A stretch of 45,088 bases of DNA, from contig JBHLJY010000019.1 in assembly GCA_048887225.1 (NCBI GenBank), positions 1 through 45,088 on the forward strand. Direction: 5' to 3'. Below, piece by piece: positions 30,710 through 38,940 of this stretch (position 1 is the stretch's first letter; the number at the start of each line of letters is the position of its first letter). Below the pieces are notes generated by a model. The model worked only from the letters and a program-made list of their open reading frames with translations. It searched no databases and was not told the DNA's origin. The stretch is from Candidatus Hodarchaeota archaeon. GTDB lineage: Archaea; Asgardarchaeota; Lokiarchaeia; Sigyniarchaeales; SOKP01. A program made the translations under genes and the position numbers.

Positions 30710-31195
30710 TTAAGGATTCTCACTTTCTTTCCTTAGATCTAATTCGAAAAATTTCGCATTTTCAAAGGGATTGTATCTATATGGGGCAATTTCCCTGAAT
30801 CCTAGCTCGATATATAACGACATTGCTTCTTTCATGTGAGAAAGTGTGTCAAGGCGCATATGGGTATATCCCGCTTTTTTTGCTTCCTCAATTATTCGTT
30901 TCGAAAGAGCTTTTCCGATACCCCTTGCGCGATATGTTTCTCGGACGTAGAGACGTTTCATCTCGCAAATCTTCTCCTCTAATTTTCGCAACGCCACGCA
31001 CCCTGCCAACTTACCATTAAAGTACGCTAAAAGGAGTGCTCCCTCTGGAGGCGCATATCCGCCGGGCAACGATTCCAACTCTTCCTGAAAATTCTGAAAT
31101 TCCAAATCGATGCCCAAATCTCTCTCATATTCGGTAAAAAGATCTCGCACTTGTTCAATTAATTTACTTGATGAGGCCTCTATAATTTTCAGCAT
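30710..31195 (-). CDS. GNAT acetyltransferase
   Basis: CEMKRLYV, RARGIGKAL, MRLDT and LYIELGF. The ATG at 31195 (MLKIIEAS) is more plausible than 31249. Confidence 0.9.
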   Translation of the reverse strand: MLKIIEASSSKLIEQVRDLFTEYERDLGIDLEFQNFQEELESLPGGYAPPEGALLLAYFNGKLAGCVALRKLEEKICEMKRLYVRETYRARGIGKALSKRIIEEAKKAGYTHMRLDTLSHMKEAMSLYIELGFREIAPYRYNPFENAKFFELDLRKESENP

Positions 31196-31314
31196 AAATA
31201 CCACAACTTCTAATTTCTTATACAGATCATTAAGAATTAGTCTTAGCATTCAAAAACAATTGCCAAAAGCAAATAAAAAAATTTTTTTTAATGAATCCAA
31301 ATTTTCCTTTCGTT

Positions 31315-31767
31315 TTAGCTATGATATTTCAAATATTCAATAGCATTTTTCAAGATTCTAATATCGTCATTAGCGAGACCAATAAGAGCATTACATGGAG
31401 CACACAAAATTTCTCTTACCTCTCCTGTCTTATGGTTATGATCAATTTGAGGTCTAATCTTATCGTCGAATTCCCTTTCACATATCTCACATAAATAATC
31501 TTGGCTTTCTAACATAGCGTAGAAATCTTCTTTTGTTAGACCGTACTTCTTTTTTATGTAATACCACCTATCCCTTTCCTTTCTACACTCTTTGCACTCG
31601 GGATGTAACCCATCCATGCTTGTGCAATTTAAATGAAAATATTTGGAAGTTGCTTTTTTTTCTTCTCTGCAGTTCGAACAAACTTTCAATCCATCTCTTG
31701 CTTGTACTAGAAAGGCATCTCTTATATCATCTTCATTATCGTATTCCTCATCAAAAAAATCTTCCAT
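31315..31767 (-). CDS. Endonuclease VII (His-Me finger) domain protein with an extra N-terminal Zn finger
   Basis: KYGLT...Q..LCEIC...IDHNHKTGEVREILCAPCNALIG. N-terminal CSNC...CKEC. Confidence 0.88.
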   Translation of the reverse strand: MEDFFDEEYDNEDDIRDAFLVQARDGLKVCSNCREEKKATSKYFHLNCTSMDGLHPECKECRKERDRWYYIKKKYGLTKEDFYAMLESQDYLCEICEREFDDKIRPQIDHNHKTGEVREILCAPCNALIGLANDDIRILKNAIEYLKYHS

Positions 31768-31958
31768 TTTATCATCAAATCCTTTTTCAATTTTTTCTTA
31801 CAAATTAACTTCTATTTTTATGTAAATATAAAAATCTAATTACAAAATTGTAAATATTAACTAAATAAGATCTTAAGTAAATCATATAAAAAAGAATAGA
31901 GTGTGGAGTTAAATTAATTTATAATGCATATTTTTCTCAACACTTCATATTTCAATTA

Positions 31959-32090
31959 ATGTCTCATAAAGATCCAGGAAACTGTTTAAGACTTCCAATT
32001 GATAGAGATCGCAACAAAGATGTAGAAAAATACAAGTTATTACGCAATATTAGGAAAGAGATAATTTCTTTATTAAATGCAAAGGAATAA
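31959..32090 (+). CDS. Possible 43-aa small protein or gene remnant
   Basis: MSHKDPGNCLRLPIDRDRNKDVEKYKLLRNIRKEIISLLNAKE*. No family recognised. Confidence 0.3.
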   Translation: MSHKDPGNCLRLPIDRDRNKDVEKYKLLRNIRKEIISLLNAKE

Positions 32091-32106
32091 TAAACTCCTT
32101 TTGTTA

Positions 32107-32186
32107 TCCTTTCTCTCTATTATCTCCTCCACCAGTGGTGTGCTCCCTATTATAGTCCTATTAGGATGATATTAGAGAGAAAAGGA
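32107..32186. other. Imperfect ~18-bp inverted repeat enclosing three mini-hairpins
   Basis: tcctttctctctattatc (32107-32124) pairs with gatattagagagaaaagga (32168-32186). Inside are cacc-agt-ggtg, cta-tta-tag and tcct-att-agga. Confidence 0.55.
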
Positions 32187-32359
32187 ATCATAGAAAAACC
32201 CGAGTACTAATAAAAATTTTTTATGCTATAAAATAATATCTTTAGGTTTATTATAATTTAAAGAGTTTTATTTAAGTGTTATTAAAAAATATTAAAATAA
32301 CTAATTAATGTGAGAGTATTGATATTTAAATTAAAAAATGTCATTTCACATTTGATATT

Positions 32360-33892
32360 ATGACAATATTTTCACATGAAATATTCAAATTATTATTAAA
32401 TAATGAATTAAATCGCAAAAGGGGAGAATATTATAGCAAAAAAGGAAGAAATTATGAAGATAAGGCTTGTTTTTATATATTAGAAAGATTTAATAGAATT
32501 ACAAAAGTAAAAAGCAAAATAGCATCATTTTCTTTTAATGGTCTTGAAGATTTGGATATTTTTGATGATAAAGAAAGGATTTTTTCTTTTCAGATTAAGA
32601 AAACTAAAAATTTGTGGGATAAGACTGATCGTAGACTTTATGAATTCCTCCAGAGGTGTTTGAAAAGAAATATTAAATTAAAAAATTCAAATAAATCTTT
32701 AAAAGTAAAATATTTTTTTTTCACGAATAAAACAGGAAAATTTTTAGAAAATTGGAAAAGGTTACATCGAAAAGAACCTGATAAATTATTTGATTTTTTG
32801 CCAGTTAAATTAAAAAATTACCTTAATAAAATAACTAAGTCTGATATCATAAGAAAAGAACTTTTAAACAACATTTACTTTATCGTAGGTCAAAGAGAAT
32901 CATTTCTAGATTTATATATTGAAGTTAAATTATTAAATAAATTCAAAGAATTCAAGAATAAATTTAAGCCTGACGATTTTGTAGATTTTCAATTATATAA
33001 TGATGTTATATTTAATGAAAGGAGATTATATTATGCAAAAATTTATGAACCAATATGGGAACAAGATATTTTAATTTCAAATGCTTTAGAATTTAATTTA
33101 AATAAGAGAATAATTTATTATACTGAAAAAAGTAAAGGTGTATCCTTTAATAAAATAAGATATTATTTAAAAAGAAATAATATTTTTATCAGCTTTTTAT
33201 TTAAATTTGGTAAAATATACTCATTTCAAAATTTCGATAAAAATAATCCTTTGACTAAGTTCATAAAAGATAATTCTTATATAACTGAAATTGAATTTGA
33301 GAAATTAGATAAATCTGATAAAATAACTTTTTTAAATGATTGGATTTATAATTATCTCCATTACTTAAACTTAAATTGTTACAAAAAGAAAAATAAAAGA
33401 ATATTTTATTTTCATTGTAAAAACAGGGATAAAATAATTAATTGGCGAGATCCAAAATCCAGAAAAAAGAAAGAATGGAAGGTTGTACAAAATCGAGGTG
33501 CATATTACTTAAATTTAGCTGCCGAAATTAGTGTAAATATCTATAATGATATTTATTTTATTATAATTAGTCCTAGATTGCTTTTTTCTTCTAATGGTGA
33601 AAATATCTTTAGGTCTGAAGAAATTCGAAAAATTGAAACAAAATATAGGAAAAGTTTTATGAAAAATGATTTTCAACGTAGATGGTTTTATGTATTTGTG
33701 TCTTATATTAAACAAGAAGAAAAACAAACAGAACAAACAGAAATTATAAAATTTTTTAAAAAAAAACCTATGAAATTTGAAAAATATAAAAAAAAAAAAT
33801 TTTTTGATATTAATCATGCAATTTTTAAAGATCCTTTAGTTATACATGCAAATTTCAAACCTAATAATGAAAGTTCTAGTCTAATTAACTAA
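32360..33892 (+). CDS. Effector-APAZ protein: N-terminal Cap4/DUF4297-like PD-(D/E)xK nuclease plus C-terminal APAZ domain
   Basis: N-terminus: G..YSKKGRNYED, GLEDLDI, FSFQIKK, YFFFTN. From about 33059: EQDILISNAL, IYSF, IFYF, LAAEI, ISPRLLFSSNG, K...ND and FKDPL. Lies directly upstream of a short pAgo. Confidence 0.75.
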   Translation: MTIFSHEIFKLLLNNELNRKRGEYYSKKGRNYEDKACFYILERFNRITKVKSKIASFSFNGLEDLDIFDDKERIFSFQIKKTKNLWDKTDRRLYEFLQRCLKRNIKLKNSNKSLKVKYFFFTNKTGKFLENWKRLHRKEPDKLFDFLPVKLKNYLNKITKSDIIRKELLNNIYFIVGQRESFLDLYIEVKLLNKFKEFKNKFKPDDFVDFQLYNDVIFNERRLYYAKIYEPIWEQDILISNALEFNLNKRIIYYTEKSKGVSFNKIRYYLKRNNIFISFLFKFGKIYSFQNFDKNNPLTKFIKDNSYITEIEFEKLDKSDKITFLNDWIYNYLHYLNLNCYKKKNKRIFYFHCKNRDKIINWRDPKSRKKKEWKVVQNRGAYYLNLAAEISVNIYNDIYFIIISPRLLFSSNGENIFRSEEIRKIETKYRKSFMKNDFQRRWFYVFVSYIKQEEKQTEQTEIIKFFKKKPMKFEKYKKKKFFDINHAIFKDPLVIHANFKPNNESSSLIN

Positions 33893-33915
33893 AAATCACA
33901 AGTATATTATTAACA

Positions 33916-35343
33916 ATGAGAGCCTTTTATATTAGAGACCCCGAATTATTATTTTTCAACAACAATAAAGCAATTGATCCTTGCCATGGCTTAAGCGTTT
34001 ATGGTCCTTACGGCGTAAGTAGATTTAAGTCAATAAAAATTGCGTTAATTGGTTCTTCTGAATCAATATTTAATGTGGAAAATTTATTTATAAAAATGAA
34101 AAATAAAATCTTTCATAGCAAATCACTAAGATGGCCTTTCCCTGGTTTAGGATCTAAACTACTTAGAATTGATTTCCAAATAATTAATAAGCAGATATTC
34201 AAGACAACAGAGATGAAAATTTTTGAAGATTTAACCCCAACTAAAAGAATTGATAGAATTAAATATGCTATATCATTGATAGATTCAAAATTCAATATTA
34301 TTAGTGATATAGAGCCTAAACCAGATGTAGTGGTAATTTCAATACCTAAAGAGATTTTGAAATCATGTAGAGACGATAGATTTAGACATAAAAATACAAT
34401 TTTTTTAACAAAACGTCAATTTGATGTAAGATTAAAGAATTATAAAGAAGGATATAATTTCCATAATATTATAAAAATAATTGGAATGGAGAAGCAAATC
34501 CCTACTCAATTAATTTATCCATATACATTAATTCCAAATCCGAAGGAAGAAGGGAGACAAGATTTATCTATGATAGCATGGAACTTAACTGTAGCATTGC
34601 TTTATAAAGCAAATGAAATTCCTTGGAAATTCTTTGAATTTCCTGAAAAAACTTGTTTTATTGGAATTTCATTTCATAAAGAATTTGATGATAATGACGA
34701 TTTAATTATGAGATCTGCAATTGCGCAGATTTTTTTATCAAATGGTAAGGATATAGTATTAAAAGGGGAACAATTTGAATGGGATGATAACTATTCAAAA
34801 AATCCACATATGACAAAGGCTTATGCTCGACGATTAATTGAATTTGTACTTTATAAATACAAAAAGCACTGGGACCATCTGCCAGATAGAGTTGTTATAC
34901 ATAAAAGCTCTGAATACTGGGAAGAAGAGGCAAGTGGTTTGGAAGAGGGCTTAAGAAATGTAAATAAAATTGATTTAATCTCAATATCAAATACTTATTT
35001 TAGATTTTTTAGATTAGGGCAAGAAACGGTTGTTAGAGGAACATTATTAGAATTTCTTGGAAAATATCTTTTATTTAGTGTAGGATATTTACCCTGTCTT
35101 GATATATATCCTGGTTCTAGAATACCCTCACCTGTAGAAATCAAATTTTATCGCACAGATGATGATAAAATTAAGATCTGCAAGGAAATACTAGCATTAT
35201 CTAGATTAAACTGGAATAATGTTGATTATTCTACAAAATTCCCTGTTACTATAACTTTCTCTAAAAATGTGGGAAATATTTTGTCTGAGTATAGAGCAAA
35301 ATCATTGCATAACCCCCCTGATAAATATAGATATTTTATGTGA
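33916..35343 (+). CDS. ago: Short prokaryotic Argonaute (MID-PIWI, no catalytic tetrad)
   Basis: DPELLF...DP..GL..YGPY. MID pocket FHNIIK..PTQ...AWNL..ALLYKA. PIWI motifs CFIGISF, VVIHKSS, RGT, YPG..IPSP, EILALSRLNWN, PVT and C-terminal YRYFM. 475 aa with no N/PAZ domains. Confidence 0.93.
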   Translation: MRAFYIRDPELLFFNNNKAIDPCHGLSVYGPYGVSRFKSIKIALIGSSESIFNVENLFIKMKNKIFHSKSLRWPFPGLGSKLLRIDFQIINKQIFKTTEMKIFEDLTPTKRIDRIKYAISLIDSKFNIISDIEPKPDVVVISIPKEILKSCRDDRFRHKNTIFLTKRQFDVRLKNYKEGYNFHNIIKIIGMEKQIPTQLIYPYTLIPNPKEEGRQDLSMIAWNLTVALLYKANEIPWKFFEFPEKTCFIGISFHKEFDDNDDLIMRSAIAQIFLSNGKDIVLKGEQFEWDDNYSKNPHMTKAYARRLIEFVLYKYKKHWDHLPDRVVIHKSSEYWEEEASGLEEGLRNVNKIDLISISNTYFRFFRLGQETVVRGTLLEFLGKYLLFSVGYLPCLDIYPGSRIPSPVEIKFYRTDDDKIKICKEILALSRLNWNNVDYSTKFPVTITFSKNVGNILSEYRAKSLHNPPDKYRYFM

Positions 35344-35438
35344 ATATTTTAAACTGATATTGAAAACTATTATAGTTTTAACTTTTAGATAATAATAAAG
35401 GGCTTACAATCAAAAACTTCCTTTTGTTCAAATCAATA

Positions 35439-37052
35439 TTATGAGTAATGATCCCAAAATGCTCTGGTTAATAATTGATCATTTGTTTGGATGCGAACAA
35501 CGGAATTAGTTAATTTTTCTTTTAGTTGATAATATCCTTTTTCTATTTCTCCCTCTCCACTCTCTGGGCGAGTTATATAGTATTGCATTTTATTATAGAA
35601 TATTCGATATAATAATTGCTTTGCAATCTTCTTTTCTTTGCAAATTAAAGCTCCTACAGCTACACCATTATCAAAATTAATCAATCTACTTAAAGGGTGG
35701 ACATTCTTGTAAAAATTTAATCGATCTTCATCTTCCGATAAAAATATAACAGGTTTCCCTAAGCTTAATGCCATAGCAGCCTCAACATCCTTTCCATAAC
35801 TGTCCTTTGTCCCAACATATAATATTAAAACTTTTGCTAACTTTACCATTAGACATTCAATTAAGCCTTTATCTTCATGACCTCTAGCAGCACTTAAAGT
35901 AGGATCAAAGTATCTTATATATAATTTTTTAAGTTTCCTATGAATTTCAATATCCTCTTTAGAGGCATTTTCTTCTGGTTCATCTTTGAATAAATAATTA
36001 CATAAATCAGTCATTTTTATGAAATCCTCAATAGTTCTCATACTAGTGGCTACATATACATCTAATTCTCCAATTTTGGCAAGGTATGTCCGAGTATTTG
36101 CGATAGCATCTGGTCTAGCCTTTTCCCAAGCCTCAACAACCCTATTAAATAAAGATGTAAGTTTTGCAGGATTGTCAATTTTTTCTTCATAAATACTACC
36201 TAAAGTTGTATTATAATCCGTTAAAGACTTTTGTATTATTATTGTATCTGAAGTTTCCAAATCTTTTAGTTTACTATTATTTTTTCTTTTCTCTTCTTTC
36301 AATTTTGAAAGATTTGCCACTACTTCTTTAACTGTTATCTCATGAATTTGTTTATTTTTTTCAAGTAAACCATTTAAAACCATTCTATATGATTCCTTTA
36401 AATCATTAAGAAGTTGATTTCGACTTCCTACATCAAGATTTTTACAAGCAGCTTCCGAAATGAGATGGCGTTCTTGAGAGTCAATTGGTATTAGGTCTAA
36501 TGTAGGACCTCGAAGAACCATCTTTTCATGGTCAAATATAAACCTTTTAAAGATTGATTCAATTTCTCCGTGACTTTTTTCACGCAAATCATGATAAGCT
36601 CTGCTTATGTTACCATAAAACAGTAAACCATCCATAAAAATCCGATAAATTCCCCAATATAAGTGATCAAGTGATACGATTTGATTTTGTTCAATATTCA
36701 CATTTTTTTTGCTCATATCTTCATCACCTTTATTATTATGAATTTTGTAGTCTGTTTCAAATTTTGGTAAATCTCGAGGATCATAAGGATGTTTTGGGAT
36801 TTCAAGCCAATAATAAATGAAAAAATCTTTAGAAACTGGTGAAACCTTTGCCAATATTAAAAGCTCATTAAATATCGCAAAAGTGATTGGTTGATTATTT
36901 AGATTTAGGAGTCGTTCCAAAACATCATCGGGCGTTTCTTTAGTTAACCAATTGTCAATAGCTCCTGAGGTTTCTGAGCCACTATCGAATATTTCAAACA
37001 TTTCTAATAACATATCTTTTGATACTTTTTTAGGATCTTTCGAAGATACCAT
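35439..37052 (-). CDS. Uncharacterised protein with a C-terminal nucleoside 2-deoxyribosyltransferase (NDT)-like domain
   Basis: LDVYVATSMR, YFDP, and SYGKDVEAAMALSLGKPVIFL, which fits the NDT S-x-G-x3-E...GKPV motif. Confidence 0.6.
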   Translation of the reverse strand: MVSSKDPKKVSKDMLLEMFEIFDSGSETSGAIDNWLTKETPDDVLERLLNLNNQPITFAIFNELLILAKVSPVSKDFFIYYWLEIPKHPYDPRDLPKFETDYKIHNNKGDEDMSKKNVNIEQNQIVSLDHLYWGIYRIFMDGLLFYGNISRAYHDLREKSHGEIESIFKRFIFDHEKMVLRGPTLDLIPIDSQERHLISEAACKNLDVGSRNQLLNDLKESYRMVLNGLLEKNKQIHEITVKEVVANLSKLKEEKRKNNSKLKDLETSDTIIIQKSLTDYNTTLGSIYEEKIDNPAKLTSLFNRVVEAWEKARPDAIANTRTYLAKIGELDVYVATSMRTIEDFIKMTDLCNYLFKDEPEENASKEDIEIHRKLKKLYIRYFDPTLSAARGHEDKGLIECLMVKLAKVLILYVGTKDSYGKDVEAAMALSLGKPVIFLSEDEDRLNFYKNVHPLSRLINFDNGVAVGALICKEKKIAKQLLYRIFYNKMQYYITRPESGEGEIEKGYYQLKEKLTNSVVRIQTNDQLLTRAFWDHYS

Positions 37053-37479
37053 ATTTTTTACACTAAATTAAAATTTATTAATATTGAAATTGGAGTTAAT
37101 AGCTTATTAGAAAACATTGAATTCTATAAATTCAGAATTATTTGTATTAAAATCTTTAAAATTTTAGCTAATATTTAATAAATAAAAGAAATATTTATAT
37201 TTTTATCTCACTTATTTGTGGATTTAGCAATATTTCATATGAAGAGTTGATGGGAAAGTGTAACATTTACTAATCGATTACTAATTGTTATAAAATTTCG
37301 TTAAATTCTTTTAAATACCAATTTAATTATTCGATCACAGATGATATCCACATACCAAAAAGCAAAAGAAGATCAATTCAGCTATTATACAAAAGCTAAA
37401 TTAGTTAATATAATTTGGTGGATTGAGGGAGTTAAAAAAACGAACTAATAAATACTTCTTTTTATATTGTAATACATTA

Positions 37480-38940
37480 TTATTCCTCTTCTTCCAAATC
37501 ATCATATAAATCACTAAATTGTTCTAACGCAGATTCAAGATTTTCCTTGATATCTCTTGCTAACACTGCTGGTTCTGGAAGATTTTCGAAATCTTCAAGG
37601 CTTTCATCTTTAAGCCAAAAAATATCGATATTTACATTATATCGCTGAATTAATTCATCATAGTTGAAAGCCTTAAAACGTTCTTTTTCCTTTCTATTAA
37701 AGCGATCGTCAGGATTATAACATTTGATGAAATCTTGAAGATCTTCATATCTCATCGGTTGTTCTTTTAATGTAAAACGTTTATTTGTTCTTAAATCATA
37801 TATCCATAGTTTTTCTGTCCATGGTTTTTCACTCGCAGGTTTTCGATCAAAAAAGAGAACATTTGCTTTTACACCTGAAGCATAGAATATACCTGTAGGG
37901 AGTCTCAAAAGAGTATGGACATCACATTCATGAAGCAGTTTTCGTCGAATTGTTTCCCCAGCTCCCGCCTCAAATAAAACATTGTCAGGAACCACAATAG
38001 CGACTTTTCCATTAATTTTAGTAATTGTCTTAACATGTTGAATAAAATTTAATTGTTTATTAGATGTTGTTGCCCAAAAATCATCACGTTCATAAATTAA
38101 TGGCTTTTTAGTCGCTTTACCTTTTTCATTGAATATTGTAATGCTACTTTTTTTACCAAAAGGCGGATTCGTCATAATAATATCAAATCTATCCCCTGGA
38201 TCTATCTGAAGGGAGTCACCTACATCGATTGGACTTACCTCACCCCCTATACCATGGAGATAGAGATTCATAACACAAAGTCTAGCCACAGCATTGACAA
38301 TATCTTTTCCTTTAAATGTTTTAAATTTAAGGAATTTTTTTTGTTCTTTATCTAATTGAAAATTTTTAGAAATGTAATCATGAGTGGCTATAAAAAAACC
38401 TCCTGTTCCACAAGCAGGATCGCATATAATCATTTCAGGTTCTGGTTTCATGACTTTAACAATTACTTTAATGAGAGGTCTTGGAGTAAAATACTGTCCC
38501 GCACCACTTTTAATGTCTTCAGCGTTTTTTTGTAAAAGTCCCTCATAAATATCCCCCTTTACATCTATATCTAAACCAATCCATACTTCATCGTTTATTA
38601 GCATTATTAAACGTTTTAATTTTGCAGGATCTTGAATTTTATTCTGAGCTTTTCTAAAAATTACACCTAACATTCCCTTTTCTTTACCTAATTTTTGAAG
38701 TACATGACGATAATGGATTTCTAACTCCTCACCATCTTTTTTAAGTAAGCTTTGCCAATCAATTTCTTCTGGTATCATCGAGAGTTTATTAAATGGAGGT
38801 TTTGATTGCTCATCGGCCATCTTCAAGAAAATAAGAAATGTTAATTGCTCAACATAATCGCCGTAGCTTACTCCATCATCCCTGAGTACATCACAATAAT
38901 TCCATACTTTATCTACAATCACATTACTTTTTTTTAACAT
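37480..38940 (-). CDS. hsdM: Type I R-M methyltransferase subunit
   Basis: GQYFTPR, CDPACGTGGF, TNPPF and LRLPTGIFY. Confidence 0.96.
   Translation of the reverse strand: MLKKSNVIVDKVWNYCDVLRDDGVSYGDYVEQLTFLIFLKMADEQSKPPFNKLSMIPEEIDWQSLLKKDGEELEIHYRHVLQKLGKEKGMLGVIFRKAQNKIQDPAKLKRLIMLINDEVWIGLDIDVKGDIYEGLLQKNAEDIKSGAGQYFTPRPLIKVIVKVMKPEPEMIICDPACGTGGFFIATHDYISKNFQLDKEQKKFLKFKTFKGKDIVNAVARLCVMNLYLHGIGGEVSPIDVGDSLQIDPGDRFDIIMTNPPFGKKSSITIFNEKGKATKKPLIYERDDFWATTSNKQLNFIQHVKTITKINGKVAIVVPDNVLFEAGAGETIRRKLLHECDVHTLLRLPTGIFYASGVKANVLFFDRKPASEKPWTEKLWIYDLRTNKRFTLKEQPMRYEDLQDFIKCYNPDDRFNRKEKERFKAFNYDELIQRYNVNIDIFWLKDESLEDFENLPEPAVLARDIKENLESALEQFSDLYDDLEEEE

Noticed and set aside
32107-32186. tRNA (three-armed shape, about 80 nt)
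   Set aside because: Loops are 3 nt, and there is no TTC T-loop, D-loop GG or 7-nt anticodon loop.
32360-33000. TIR or Sir2 effector (SPARTA/SPARSA)
   Set aside because: There are no FISY/WxxxE or GAGxS/TxNxD/HG motifs. A D...QxK nuclease pattern is present instead.
33916-35343. Slicer-active or long, eukaryote-like Argonaute
   Set aside because: It has no N or PAZ domains, and the catalytic aspartate positions are replaced.
35439-37052. Retron system
   Set aside because: An NDT-like effector is present, but no reverse transcriptase or msr/msd is visible nearby.
37341-37448. 35-aa ORF MISTYQKAKEDQFSYYTKAKLVNIIWWIEGVKKTN on the + strand
   Set aside because: It is too short and has no recognisable motif; it is at most a remnant.
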